Notes: generated by a model from the sequence alone, not told the origin. A stretch of 64,000 nt of DNA from an uncultured Candidatus Rokubacteria bacterium (GCA_963758635.1 CAVWWD010000007.1:256001-320000), one strand, 5' to 3'; positions 21,698 through 32,309 are shown, counted from the first letter of the stretch. Translations and numbers: made by a program.

Positions 21698-21703
21698 GGG
21701 TAG

Positions 21704-23781
21704 ATGCCCGCGCGCGCCGCCCGCCGGCTCACGCCGTTCGCGCTGCTCGCGGGTCTCCTCGCGCCGGCGGCCGCCGGCGCGCAGAGCGCCGAGCCCGAGG
21801 CGGTGCCGCGGCTCGATCCGGTGGTGGTCACGGTGACGCGCATGGAGCAGAAGGCGAGCGAGGCGCCCGCCGCGGTCACCGTCCTCACCGGCGAGGACCT
21901 CCGGATCTCGGCGGGGCAGACCCTCGACAACGTCCTGCGCCAGGTCCCGGGCTTCAGCCTCTTCCGCCGGTCCTCGAGCGTGGTCGGCCATCCCACCACG
22001 CAGGGCGTGTCGCTGCGCGGGATCGGGCCCAGCGGGACGAGCCGCGCCCTCGTGCTCCTGGACGACGTGCCCATCAACGACCCGTTCGGCGGCTGGGTCT
22101 ACTGGAACCGCATACCGCTCGCCGGCATCGAGCGCATCGAGGTGGTGCGGGGCGGCGGCTCGAGCGTGTGGGGCAACTACGCGCTGGGCGGGGTCGTGCA
22201 CATCGTGAGCCGGCGGCCCACCGAGCGCGGCATCGCGATCGAGGCGAGCGCCGGCACCGGCGACACGATGAACTTCGACATCCTCGTGAACGAGGTGCAA
22301 GGCCCCGTCCGCCTGAGCTTCGAGGGGAGCTTTTTCGACACCGGCGGCTACCCCGTGGTGAAGGAGTCCCGGCGCGGCTCGATCGACATCGACGCGGAGT
22401 CCATGCACGGCTCGGCCACCCTCCGGGTGGACGTCGCGGTCACCCCCGACCTGACGCTGTTCCTCTCCGGCAACCTCTACGGCGAGGACCGCGGCAACGG
22501 GACCCCGCTGCAGATCAACACCACGCAGGCTGGCGCGCTCGCCGTGGGCGGGCGCCTCGAGAACGTCGGACGGCAGCGAGTGGGCGACGGCGCTCTTCGG
22601 CCACATCCAGGACTTCCGGAGCACGTTCAGCACCCAGGCCGCGGACCGGAACTCCGAGACCCTCGCCCTCGACCAGCGGGTGCCGTCCTCCTCGGTGGGC
22701 GCCTGGGCCCAGTGGAGCCGGCGGTTCGGCGCGCACGCGCTGATGGCCGGCGCGGACGTCAAGTGGGTCGAGGCGGAGACGAACGAGAACGTGTTCGCCG
22801 CCACCGGCTTCCTGCGTCGCCGCGTGGCCGGCGGCGAGCAGGTCATCACCGGCGTCTTCGTCCAGGAACGTCTGGACGCCCGCGCCGTGGGCCGAGGTGG
22901 TCGGCGGCCTCCGCGCCGACTACTGGCTGTCCTACTCGGGGACGCGCCGCGACAGCCCGCCGCCCGCGGGCATTCCCGCGCGCCAGAGCTATTCCGAGCT
23001 CGATCGGCTCATCCTGAGCCCGCGGGTGGCCGCGCTCTTCCATGCCACCCCGACCACGGACGTGCGCGCCTCCGCCTACCAGGGCTTTCGCGTCCCGACC
23101 CTGAACGAGCTGTATCGCGTGTTCCGCGTGCGCGACGACGTGACGGTGGCCAACGAGCATCTGAAGCCCGAGCGGCTGACCGGCGGCGAGGTCTCCGTGC
23201 AGCAGCGCGTGGGGCCGGTGCAGGGGCGCGCCACCGGGTACTGGAACGAGGTCAAGGACCTCGTGCTCAACGTGACCCAGGCCCGGCCGCTGCCCGATTG
23301 CCCGGCCGGCACCACGTGCCGCCAGCGCCAGAACGTGGACCTCGCCCGCATCCGCGGCGTGGAGGCCGAGCTGGAATACCGCCCGGCGAAGGAGTGGCGC
23401 TTCCTCGCGAGCTACCTCTTCAGCGACACGCGCGTGCTCGACGCCCCGCAGCAGAAGGCGCTCGAAGGCAACCGGCTGGCCCAGGTGCCGGAGCACGCGT
23501 TCACGCTCGGCGCGCGGTTCGAGCACCCCGCCTGGTTCACCGCGGGCGTGCAGGTGAGGTTCGTGGGCGATCAGTTCGAGGACGACCTCAACACGCTGTC
23601 GCTCGGCAGCTACACCGTGGTCGACCTCACCATCTCCCGCGCCTTCGCGAAGTGGGGCGAGGTCTTCGTGGCGGTGGAGAACCTGTTCGACCAGACCTAC
23701 GCGGTGGGGCGCACCACCAGCGGCGTCACGTCGATCGGCGCGCCGCGGCTCGTGCGGGGCGGCGTCCGGCTGACCTTTTAG
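21704..23781 (+). CDS. TonB-dependent outer membrane receptor; frameshifts near 22570 and 22870
   Basis: signal peptide, VVVT TonB box, IERIEVVRGGGSSVWG plug, ENLFD, C-terminal Phe. Confidence 0.92.
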
Positions 23782-25443
23782 CTATGGGCTAGTTCCTCGG
23801 CGTCGCCACGGCTGGGCGCGAGAGCCATGCGGCGGCGGCGCTCGTGTCGCGATGGAGCCGCGCAAGATGGCCAGCACCAGATCGTGGGTGGCCTGCGTGC
23901 CGAACGGAGCGTCCACGTGCCGTGTCCGGCCGCCTTCCGGCGCCCGCAGGAGGAACGGTACGCGCGGATCGGTCTGCCCGTCGTACTGAGCGGACGCCTG
24001 CCACGATCGAGTGGAGGTCACCACGATCCACGTGCGGTCGTCGAGGCGCACACGGTCCATCCCGCGCCGCAGCTCGCCGACCACCCGGTCGGCGAGCGCG
24101 AGATTGTCGAAGTAGCCCGCGGCCGCACCGCTGAAGTTCCATGCGGTGAGACGTTCCGTGGCCCGGTCGTAGATACCCGGCGGCTGGGGAAGCGGCAGGT
24201 GGAGAAAGACGAGGCCGAAGCGGTCGTCGGCCGCGGTGCGGATCGCCAGGCTCGTGAGCTCGGCCACCCGCTCGGAGAACTGCCGTCGGAGATTCAGCGG
24301 GGGCGCGAGGCTCGCCCACTGCCTCCACAGCGACCCGGCGAATGTGTCGCCACGCGCCTGCTCGAACGCGACGGACGGTCTCCAGTGCGCGACCGCGAGC
24401 GAGCCGCCGAGCACCCGCGGATACGGCAGGTGCCATCCGATCAGCGCCGTGTCGTAGCCGAGCGCTCGCGCGCGGGAGAACACGTTCGGCTCGGCGCTCC
24501 ATTGCGCCGTCTTGCCGTCCGCGAACGTGAGCTGGAGGTCCCTTGGATTCAGCGGCGCCGCCGCGACGACCGGACGCCCGGTGATGAGCGCGGGGATCGT
24601 CACGTCAGTCGTGCCCGCCGGCGAGCGCGCGGCGTGGGCGTAGAGCGACTCCCGCTTCAGACGATCGAGCTCCGGCAGCTCGAGACCTGTCGGTCGCGCC
24701 TCGAACGCGACGCGCTGGTCGAGCTCCTCGAACACGATCCAGACCACGCGCCGGAGGCTCGGTGGCGGCCGGTCGAGGGGTGTCGGGTCGACTCCTCGCC
24801 ACGCCGGGCCGGCCGCCACCTCGAGGAACATCCACAGGGCGATGGCCATCGTGCCGACCGCCAGGGGTGAGAGGGCCACCGCGACGCCGCGCACCACCCG
24901 CAGGGCCGGGAACGGGCGGCTCAGCGACGCGGTGAGCGTCAGGGCGGCAAGGACCAGCAGTCCAGGCCATCCGATGACATCGGTCCATCGGCCGACCGCC
25001 TCGTGCGTCATGCGCGCGAAGTTCATGGAGGCGAGAAGGGTCCCCACGGCGGCGCCGGCGGCGAGACGCTGCCACGCCGGCCGCCTGACGCGTCGAATCC
25101 ATTGCACGACCAGAAAGCCGACGGCGGCGAGCCCGACGACATTCAGCACGAATGCCGCCAGCGCCGGCGCCCGAAGCGGCGTCAGGTGGTAGAAGTCCCA
25201 GCTCGGTCGGAACAGCATCTCGCTGCGCGCCTGGCTGAAGCAGAGCGTCGACAGCGAGAGGCACGCGAGGGCGTCGATCGTGTGTTGGCGTTGGGGCCAC
25301 CGCAGCCAGCGGGAAGGAGGGGGCGGCAGAGGCTCGCGCGCGTCGCGGAACCACCACAGCTGGTCCGCCGCCGAGCCGCTGTCGGGGCGGCCTCGAGTGG
25401 TCGGCCGCTGTCCGGCCTCTGGATCAGGCGCCCGGCCGGACAC
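23782..25443 (-). CDS. membrane-anchored sulfatase/LTA synthase-like protein
   Basis: about 5 TM helices followed by an alkaline-phosphatase-superfamily domain (VVWIVFEEL, TTDVTIPALITG, RVPFLLR); start and C-terminus uncertain. Confidence 0.7.
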   Translation of the reverse strand: MSGRAPDPEAGQRPTTRGRPDSGSAADQLWWFRDAREPLPPPPSRWLRWPQRQHTIDALACLSLSTLCFSQARSEMLFRPSWDFYHLTPLRAPALAAFVLNVVGLAAVGFLVVQWIRRVRRPAWQRLAAGAAVGTLLASMNFARMTHEAVGRWTDVIGWPGLLVLAALTLTASLSRPFPALRVVRGVAVALSPLAVGTMAIALWMFLEVAAGPAWRGVDPTPLDRPPPSLRRVVWIVFEELDQRVAFEARPTGLELPELDRLKRESLYAHAARSPAGTTDVTIPALITGRPVVAAAPLNPRDLQLTFADGKTAQWSAEPNVFSRARALGYDTALIGWHLPYPRVLGGSLAVAHWRPSVAFEQARGDTFAGSLWRQWASLAPPLNLRRQFSERVAELTSLAIRTAADDRFGLVFLHLPLPQPPGIYDRATERLTAWNFSGAAAGYFDNLALADRVVGELRRGMDRVRLDDRTWIVVTSTRSWQASAQYDGQTDPRVPFLLRAPEGGRTRHVDAPFGTQATHDLVLAILRGSIATRAPPPHGSRAQPWRRRGTSP

Positions 25444-25485
25444 GTCTCCTCACATGTCGGACTCGTTTATCCGCGCTGCGGATCG

Positions 25486-26476
25486 TCACCGCTTCTGCCG
25501 CTCCAGCGCTTCCGGATTGATCACGTCGATGGGCGTGCCGGCCGCCCAGGCGAGCAGGCGCTCGACGCCACCGGCGTAGATGCCTTCGTAGCCCTCCTTC
25601 TCCGCGTAGCCGAGATGCGGCGTGCACAGCGCGTTCGGCATCTTCAGCAGCGGGTGCGCGGCGCCGACGACCGGTTCCGTTTCGAAGACATCCACCGCCG
25701 CGAAGCCCGGGCGGCCCTTGCCGAGCGCGGCAACGAGCGCGCCCTCCTCGATGATCGGAGCGCGGCTCGTGTTGACCAGCAGCGCCGTGGGCTTCATGCG
25801 CGCGAGATCGTCGGCCGTGACGATGCCGCGGGTCTCCGTGCCGCCGGGCAGGTGCAGGCTGAGCGACGTCGGCCCCCTCGAAGAAGGCCTCTCGGCTCGC
25901 GGCCACCTCGAAGCCCTCGGCACGGGCACGCGCGGTCGAGCTCTCACGGCCCCAGCACACGCCCCTCATGCCGAACGCACGGCCGACCCTCGCCACCGCC
26001 GCGCCGATGTGACCGAAGGCGTAGATCCCGAGCGTCTGACCCTCCAGGCGCGTGCCCACGGTCGAGTGCCAGAAGCCCTGCTTGAGTCGCTCCACCTCGA
26101 ACGGCAGATGACGCAGCGACGCGATGATCAATCCCCACGTCAGCTCCGCCGTCGTGGAGAAGGCCGTACGCGCGCCGCCCCGCCCGGCTGACACCACCAC
26201 GCCGTGCTCGGTGCAGGCGGCAACGTCGACGTGGTAGACGTTGGCGCTCGTCTGGCTGATGAACCTGAGGTCGGGCAGCCGCGCGACGATCTCGCGGGTC
26301 ACCGGCACCCGCTGCTGTGTGAGCAGCACGGCCTCACAGCCGGCCACCTGCTCGACGACACGCGCCGGCTCGGTGTAGGCGTCGGTGTGCACGACGACCT
26401 CGTGCCCCCGCAGCCGCTGGTACGCGCGGGTCGTCCGGAACACGTCAGCGTAGTCGTGAATGACCGCGATCTTCAT
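25486..26476 (-). CDS. D-2-hydroxyacid dehydrogenase family protein; frameshift near 25865
   Basis: LGIYAFGHIG, SLHL, LVNTSRA, DVFETEP, TPHLGY. Confidence 0.9.
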
Positions 26477-26625
26477 GGGCCTCCCTCCCTCCGGTGTGCT
26501 CGTGGCGTGACCGTTTCGACCAGGTCAGCTGAAGGCTGGCAGCCGAGCTCGCCCCAGCCGAGGGGGCTACGACCCCGTCGCGTATTTCAAGGAGGGTCGT
26601 CCCGTCACAACGTCGCGGCGAGCCT

Positions 26626-27441
26626 CTAGCGCCGGCCTTCCGCGCGCGCGATGAAATCGAGCGTCGCCTCCGCGCAGCGCTCGGCGTCGCTCGCCGCCGC
26701 GTGAAAGGAGTTGCCCGGCAGGACCAGCATCTCCGATCGCGGGATGAGCGTCTGCCATGCCCGGGTCTCCTCCACCGAGGCAAGGCCGCTCCCCTCGGTG
26801 GTGATGACCAGGGTAGGGCACGCGATCCGCGGCACGTCCGCGCGGATGTCCGCGCAGGCGATGGTGCCCATGAAGCCGACCTGCGTGGACACGGCGGTGC
26901 GAGCCATGAACAACGTCCACCACTGCGCTCCCGCTGCGGGAAACCGGTCGCCGAGCCGGCTCGTCATGGTGCGGCGGGCCCACGGCTCCACGCCGTCGTT
27001 CTCGAACTCCTGGGTCAGCTCGGGTGCCCGCTCCGCCGCGCCCTCCCGCAGGGGCGGTGGCGTGCCGACAACGGTGAGCGAGAGAACACGCTCCGGCCGG
27101 CGTGCGGCGAAGGCCCGGGCGATCGTTCCGCCGATCTTCGCCCCGACCAGGTGGAACCGCTCGACCCCGAGTCGGTCCATGAGGCGGAGGTAGTCCCCGA
27201 TGACGACGTCGAGGCTCCACGCGAAGTCGCGGGGCATCGGCGTGGACCGGCCGAAGCCCCGCATGTCGGGGCGCACCACGCGCAATTGCCGCGCGAGACA
27301 GGGCACCCAGCCGTACCAGGCCGCGCCGCTCTCCGCGTTGCCGTGCAGGAGCAGCACGGTCGACGGCGTGCCCCACGGGTCCGTGAAGTCGTCGACATCG
27401 TAGTGCATCTCGTGGCCGGGTGAGATCTGGATCGACGGCAA
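26626..27441 (-). CDS. alpha/beta fold hydrolase
   Basis: LLLHG, RPDMRGFGRS, HLVGAKIGG (the nucleophile position reads Lys rather than Ser). Confidence 0.85.
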   Translation of the reverse strand: MPSIQISPGHEMHYDVDDFTDPWGTPSTVLLLHGNAESGAAWYGWVPCLARQLRVVRPDMRGFGRSTPMPRDFAWSLDVVIGDYLRLMDRLGVERFHLVGAKIGGTIARAFAARRPERVLSLTVVGTPPPLREGAAERAPELTQEFENDGVEPWARRTMTSRLGDRFPAAGAQWWTLFMARTAVSTQVGFMGTIACADIRADVPRIACPTLVITTEGSGLASVEETRAWQTLIPRSEMLVLPGNSFHAAASDAERCAEATLDFIARAEGRR

Positions 27442-27886
27442 CGCGCGCCTCCTGGTCCCTCGTGACCTCCCTCTTTACGACATTTCCTGACGGATGACCA
27501 GCGCCCGCTGGCGCGCTCTGGGCTTGCCGGAACACGCCACGCCCGAGAGCGGCCTCACGTAGTCCGTGGCCGCCGATCCGCTACTACGCCCGGGAGGCGT
27601 GAGCGGTCCTTACACCGGCCTTCTGAGCCTTCTGAGCCGTGGTCCCGGGCGCGCCGGTGTACTCGTGCTGGCCGAGAGCGGCGCAAGCGAGCGGCTCTCC
27701 TTGCTCCGGGCGAAAAGCCCGAGCGAGCCCCTGCGCCTGGCCATCGGCGCGAGAACTGCCCGGGTCAGCCATGGCGAGCTGCTCGGGCGGGTCGCCGCGA
27801 TCGCGCTCCGAGGCCGATGGGCCATCTGTGCCCGGGTGTTCCCGCGATCAGAAACCACCCTGCCCCCCCGACGAGGGCCCCGGCCA

Positions 27887-27903
27887 TTGGCATCTGGTTT
27901 GCC
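27887..27903 (+). promoter_or_regulatory. sigma-54 -24/-12 promoter
   Basis: TTGGCATCTGGTTTGCC, GG-N10-GC, 85 nt upstream of the LysM gene. Confidence 0.7.
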
Positions 27904-27987
27904 ACTCTATCGTTCGCGGCCGGCACACTCACGGCCGCGTCGGCGAGGCCGGCCGTGAGGGTGGCCGCTTGACGACGGGGAGGCAGG

Positions 27988-28641
27988 ATGAAGACCGTGC
28001 ACGTGGTGCGTCAGGGCGAGTACCTATCGAGCATCGCGCAGATGTACCAGCGGCGGTGGCAGACGATCTACTACCACCCCGACAACGCGGACTTTCGCCA
28101 GCGACGCCCCGATCCAAACGTCATCCGCCCCGGCGATCAGATCGTCATCCCCGACCGCGTTGAGCGCGTCGAGCCCCGGGACACCGATCGGCGGCACCGC
28201 TTCCGCGTCGAGACGGTCACGCTGCGGCTGCGCATCGTCGTCCGTGACGATGCGGGCCGCGCCGTCGGCAACGAGCCGTACCTGCTCACCGTCGGCGACG
28301 CTGCGCTTCGGGGGAAGACTGATTCCCGCGGCCTCCTGGACCATCGCATCCCGGTCGGCGTCACCGAGGGGAAGCTGTCCCTCCTGACCAAGAAGCTCAC
28401 GTTTCCTCTCGCCATCGGACATCTCGATCCCATCGAGGATCCCGACGACTGGGCCCTGACCGGCGTCCAGGCCCGTCTCAACAACCTCGGGTATTTCTGC
28501 GGAGCCGTCGACAACGTGAAGGGGCCGAAGACCACCGCGGCGATTCGCCGCTTCCAGGAGCACGTCCTGGGGCGTACCCGTCCTGACGGCGAGCTGGACA
28601 CCGAAACCCGGCGCGCGCTCAAGCGCGAGCACGGCTGCTGA
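27988..28641 (+). CDS. LysM plus C-terminal peptidoglycan-binding domain protein
   Basis: HVVRQGEYLSSIA...PNVIRPGDQIVIP; GVQARLNNLGYFCGAVDNVKGPKTTAAIRRFQ; GGAGG SD. Confidence 0.9.
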   Translation: MKTVHVVRQGEYLSSIAQMYQRRWQTIYYHPDNADFRQRRPDPNVIRPGDQIVIPDRVERVEPRDTDRRHRFRVETVTLRLRIVVRDDAGRAVGNEPYLLTVGDAALRGKTDSRGLLDHRIPVGVTEGKLSLLTKKLTFPLAIGHLDPIEDPDDWALTGVQARLNNLGYFCGAVDNVKGPKTTAAIRRFQEHVLGRTRPDGELDTETRRALKREHGC

Positions 28642-28651
28642 GGGACGACCC

Positions 28652-30877
28652 CTGCCGCAGACGCGCATCGGCGAGTACCAGGTCCGGTCGGGCAACGCGG
28701 CAACGCCCTTCTGGCGGATTCCCCCCGGCCTGGACGCCGTCGCCCTCGCCACGAACACGGTCTTGCCCCAGGTCGCTCCGAACGACCCGGCCACCTGGAA
28801 CACCCTCACGCTGCTTCCCCGCTTCGGGATCTTCGACATCGTCGTTCGCATGTCCGAGCCGGTCGTCGAGAGCCCGTTGACCGACGCCCAGTCGGTCGAC
28901 CTGCTCGTGACATCCCTGGCCGGCCCTCCGGTCGCCGCCGCCATGCCGATGTGGGAGGACGGCTCCGGCACGCTCGAGCACCGCGTCGCGAACTTCTCCT
29001 TCGCGGTGCCCCTCGCCCAGGGACATCAGCATTTCGACGGCACGCTCGTCCTCACCGCCGAGCAGGCGGGCCCGCCGCGCGGGAGGCTCAAGACGGTCCG
29101 GCTGCCCCTCCGGGTGGGCGCGTTCGAGCGCGTCGCCGACCTGTTCGTGTTCTTCCTGGCCACCGCCCAGAACCGCCGGCCCCAGCCGGAGTACTGCTGG
29201 GTGAAGGTCCCGGCGCGGATCTGGGTGGGCGCTCCCAACACGGTCCCCGCCGTCGGGGCCACCGTCGACGCCAAGATCCTCCGCGACAATTTCCGGAACG
29301 GCTTCGACCGGCGCAACCGGCGGGTCGCCCTGCGGACGGACGCGACCGGGACGGCCGCTTTCCCGCACGCGAACGGCGACCGCACCGTCCTTGCGTTCCC
29401 CACCGCCTGGCCGATGATCTTCACGGCGACGCTGGGCGGACACGTGCCCCGCGCCCATCTCGCGCGGTTCGAGCGCGCGGACATCGATCACAACCGCAAT
29501 CCGCACCAGGTGTCCGCCGTACGGATCATCCCGATCGCCAGCGCGCGGGGAGGCATGAGCGCGAGCACCGTCCTGATCGATCCGGGCCACGGCGTCGTGT
29601 ACGCGTTCGCCAGCCAGCGGCGATCCCAGGAGTGGTTCGTTGCCCATCGCATCGGCGTGCGCGTGCGCGAGATCCTGCACGACCGGTTCGGCGTGCCGGA
29701 GGCGAACCTGTTCATGACACGCACGGCGGGCTTCGGCCTCATCGATCCCGGCGAGGTGGGCCGTCAAGACGCGCCCGAGCGAGGGGCCCGGCGTTTCGTC
29801 TTCGAGCCGGCGGGCCGCCGGCTGCGGATCGCTCACGCCCTCGGCCTGCACGACTTGTCCGACCTGGTCCTCACCGGCGCAGACGACACGCCGGCCAACG
29901 TCGCGCCGGCGGCGCGCGACCACCTGATCCAGACCAACGGCGCCACGGTGGCCGCCATCATCGCGCGCATCCAGGGGAGCCTCCCCGCAGGGCAGCGGGT
30001 CCAGGCCGGCTCGGTACGATGGAGTACGGCGACCAGCCGCTACGTCTGCCGGATCGAGCGGCATCCGCCGGTCGCCGCGCAGAACCCGATCGTGGACGAC
30101 GCGCGCCCGGTGGCGATCACCGTCAATGACTGGTTCGCGCTGGATGGGGCGATGCTCGCGAACCTCGCGCACCGCACCGCCCGCTGGTCGGTGGACCTCG
30201 AGCTGGGCAGCGGCCCCGCCGCCAACGCGGCGACCGGCCGCCCGTCCTTCCATGCCGCCATGGACGCGGCGCTTCTGCGGGAGAATGCGAGCGACTACAT
30301 GCGGCATGCGATCGTCGACGAGCTCGCCCTCGAGGAGCCGTACGCGCCGGGCGCGGCGATTCCTGCGGTGTACAGTGGCGAGGAGAGCATGGCCTGGCAC
30401 TTCCGCGTCCGGCGCGACTACATCAACCGAAAGGCCTGCCACGTCGCGATCACCATCCACGAGAATGCCGCCGGGGGCAACGTCGTCGACGCCCGGGGCA
30501 TGGCGATGCTCGTCGGCCAGGGACCCCCGGCCGCCCAGGTCCACGCGGCCAAGGTGTTCATGAAGTACGTGGATCCCTTCGACCAGGGCCTCCGCCAGGG
30601 CGGCGTTGTCGAGAGTAACGCCGGGATGCTCGCCGCCCAGAACACGCGCCGGGACGCTCATGTCTACTTCGAGCTGGAATTCATGACGAGCACGATCCTG
30701 GACAATCCCGAGGTCCGGGCCGCCGATCCGAGCCGCTACCAGTACGACGAGATGTCGCGGGCCGGCTTCGTCGACACCGTTTCGGAGCAGATCGTCGCCG
30801 GCGTGGTGGAGTTTCTCCTTGACGCGCAGAGCGACATCGACGCCGTGGGCTACGATGGATCGCTCCCGACATGGTGA
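28652..30877 (+). CDS. large N-acetylmuramoyl-L-alanine amidase (Amidase_3)-like protein
   Basis: LIDPGHG, QEW, FMTRT, ITIHENA, YFELEFM; frame open upstream of TTG 28763 to a CTG behind GAGGGA. Confidence 0.75.
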   Translation: MPQTRIGEYQVRSGNAATPFWRIPPGLDAVALATNTVLPQVAPNDPATWNTLTLLPRFGIFDIVVRMSEPVVESPLTDAQSVDLLVTSLAGPPVAAAMPMWEDGSGTLEHRVANFSFAVPLAQGHQHFDGTLVLTAEQAGPPRGRLKTVRLPLRVGAFERVADLFVFFLATAQNRRPQPEYCWVKVPARIWVGAPNTVPAVGATVDAKILRDNFRNGFDRRNRRVALRTDATGTAAFPHANGDRTVLAFPTAWPMIFTATLGGHVPRAHLARFERADIDHNRNPHQVSAVRIIPIASARGGMSASTVLIDPGHGVVYAFASQRRSQEWFVAHRIGVRVREILHDRFGVPEANLFMTRTAGFGLIDPGEVGRQDAPERGARRFVFEPAGRRLRIAHALGLHDLSDLVLTGADDTPANVAPAARDHLIQTNGATVAAIIARIQGSLPAGQRVQAGSVRWSTATSRYVCRIERHPPVAAQNPIVDDARPVAITVNDWFALDGAMLANLAHRTARWSVDLELGSGPAANAATGRPSFHAAMDAALLRENASDYMRHAIVDELALEEPYAPGAAIPAVYSGEESMAWHFRVRRDYINRKACHVAITIHENAAGGNVVDARGMAMLVGQGPPAAQVHAAKVFMKYVDPFDQGLRQGGVVESNAGMLAAQNTRRDAHVYFELEFMTSTILDNPEVRAADPSRYQYDEMSRAGFVDTVSEQIVAGVVEFLLDAQSDIDAVGYDGSLPTW

Positions 30878-30881
30878 CGCC

Positions 30882-31979
30882 ATGCCGCGGGCGCTCGTTT
30901 GGCCCCTGCCTCTCGCCCTTGCCGCGTTGCTCGTCGGGTGCGCGGCCGCACGCATGAGCGTGAACATGCCCGAGCGCGGAGAGCGGCTGCCCGCAGAGGC
31001 AAGCGCGGCGCTCGTGCTGCCCGCCGGCGCTCCGGAATACATGGTGGCCGTCGCCCTCGGGCCACTCGACAGCCGGCTCGTGGTGACCCGGATCCGCACC
31101 GGGCAGACCGCGCTGCTCCCGTCCTCGCCGACCGTCCCCGCGGACCCTGTGTGGGCGCCCGACGGCAGCGCCATCCTGTTCCGCGCCGGGACCGACCTGA
31201 TGCGGTACGACACGGGACAGGCGGCCGTTGGGCACCTGGATTCCGGCCTGTCTCGGAGCGGCCGGACACCCTACGCGTACTCGCCGGACGGGCGGCGGAT
31301 CGCGGTGGCCAAGGCGAGCGCGGTCCATGTCGTCACTGTCGGCAGTGCCCGGGAGCGGTTCGCGCTTCCCGAGGGGCAGGCGTTCACACAGATGCGCTGG
31401 GCAAGGAACGCACGCACGCTGGTGGTGCTCGTGAGGGACAGCGGCGGCGAGAACGCGGCGCTGGTGTGGATCGATACCGACGGGCGAACGGCTCGCACTC
31501 AAGCCGCCCCGGGAGTTACCGGCTTGCTCGGCTGGGATCCCACAACCGGGGACCTGGTGGTGAGCCAGGCCGCGCCCGAGCGGACCGGGACTCAGGCGGT
31601 TGTGCTCTCGCCGACCGGGGAGGCGCGACCCCTGCGTGACGCGGACGAGGACGAGGGCGGCGAGTTCACTCTTCTCTACCGTCCGGATACCAGGGAGGCG
31701 GTGGCCGCGGTCGGGAACGAGGATCTCGGCGACCCGAGGCGAATCCTCCTTCTGCCGCCGGGCACCGCGCCCGCCCGACCCTGGCTGGATACGTTTCCTC
31801 GCGTAGACCAGATGTCGCTGTCAGCCGATGGGCGCTGGGTGGCATTCATCGCCGGAGGCCCGGACACGGAGCCGGGCGGCGACGTGTTCGTGATCCCGTT
31901 CGGCGGGCAGGTCCCCGCGCGCGTCCTTCTGGCCCAGCCGGACGGCTATCGCTTCGCCACGCCCGTCCTTGGCCCGTGA
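30882..31979 (+). CDS. lipoprotein with TolB/WD40-like beta-propeller
   Basis: lipobox LLVG-C; PVWAPDGSAILF, YSPDGRRIAV and LSADGRWVAF repeats. Confidence 0.8.
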   Translation: MPRALVWPLPLALAALLVGCAAARMSVNMPERGERLPAEASAALVLPAGAPEYMVAVALGPLDSRLVVTRIRTGQTALLPSSPTVPADPVWAPDGSAILFRAGTDLMRYDTGQAAVGHLDSGLSRSGRTPYAYSPDGRRIAVAKASAVHVVTVGSARERFALPEGQAFTQMRWARNARTLVVLVRDSGGENAALVWIDTDGRTARTQAAPGVTGLLGWDPTTGDLVVSQAAPERTGTQAVVLSPTGEARPLRDADEDEGGEFTLLYRPDTREAVAAVGNEDLGDPRRILLLPPGTAPARPWLDTFPRVDQMSLSADGRWVAFIAGGPDTEPGGDVFVIPFGGQVPARVLLAQPDGYRFATPVLGP

Positions 31980-32111
31980 GGATGCCTGTCGGGACCACCG
32001 TTGCGGCCGCGGCCGGACGGCTCACCGAGGAGGCGTTCGTCGACCGCTTCGGCGCGCTGCCGGAAATGGCGATCCCGCGCCAGGCGTAACACCGAAGCGA
32101 CCGATCGGCGG

Positions 32112-32309
32112 TCAGCATGCGACGACCTTGAACTTCATTACCGTCTCCGGCGTCATGTGATTGGCGGCGCCGCGCTCGTCGCCGGCTCCCCACTTCGACG
32201 GACACCGCTGGCTCGGGGGAAGTGGCTTCCAGTCCTGAGCCGGTGCCGCGGTGGCGCCGAACAGCACGAGAGCGAGGCCTGCCGACAGGAACCGCATCGT
32301 CTTCGTCAT
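32112..32309 (-). pseudogene. truncated cyclase (kynurenine formamidase-like) family gene, N-terminus only
   Basis: signal peptide, then SKWGAGDERGAANHMTPETV, breaking off near 32130. Confidence 0.7.

Noticed and set aside
21597..21703. Cobalamin or SAM riboswitch upstream of the TonB receptor
   Set aside because: No B12-box or S-box consensus recognised; the sequence recurs upstream of dapF as a dispersed repeat.
29726..30400. Intein within the amidase
   Set aside because: No N-terminal Cys/Ser block, C-terminal His-Asn or LAGLIDADG motif recognised.
27988..31979. Prophage lysis cassette
   Set aside because: No holin, spanin, structural or integrase genes nearby; the sigma-54 promoter and propeller lipoprotein fit poorly.
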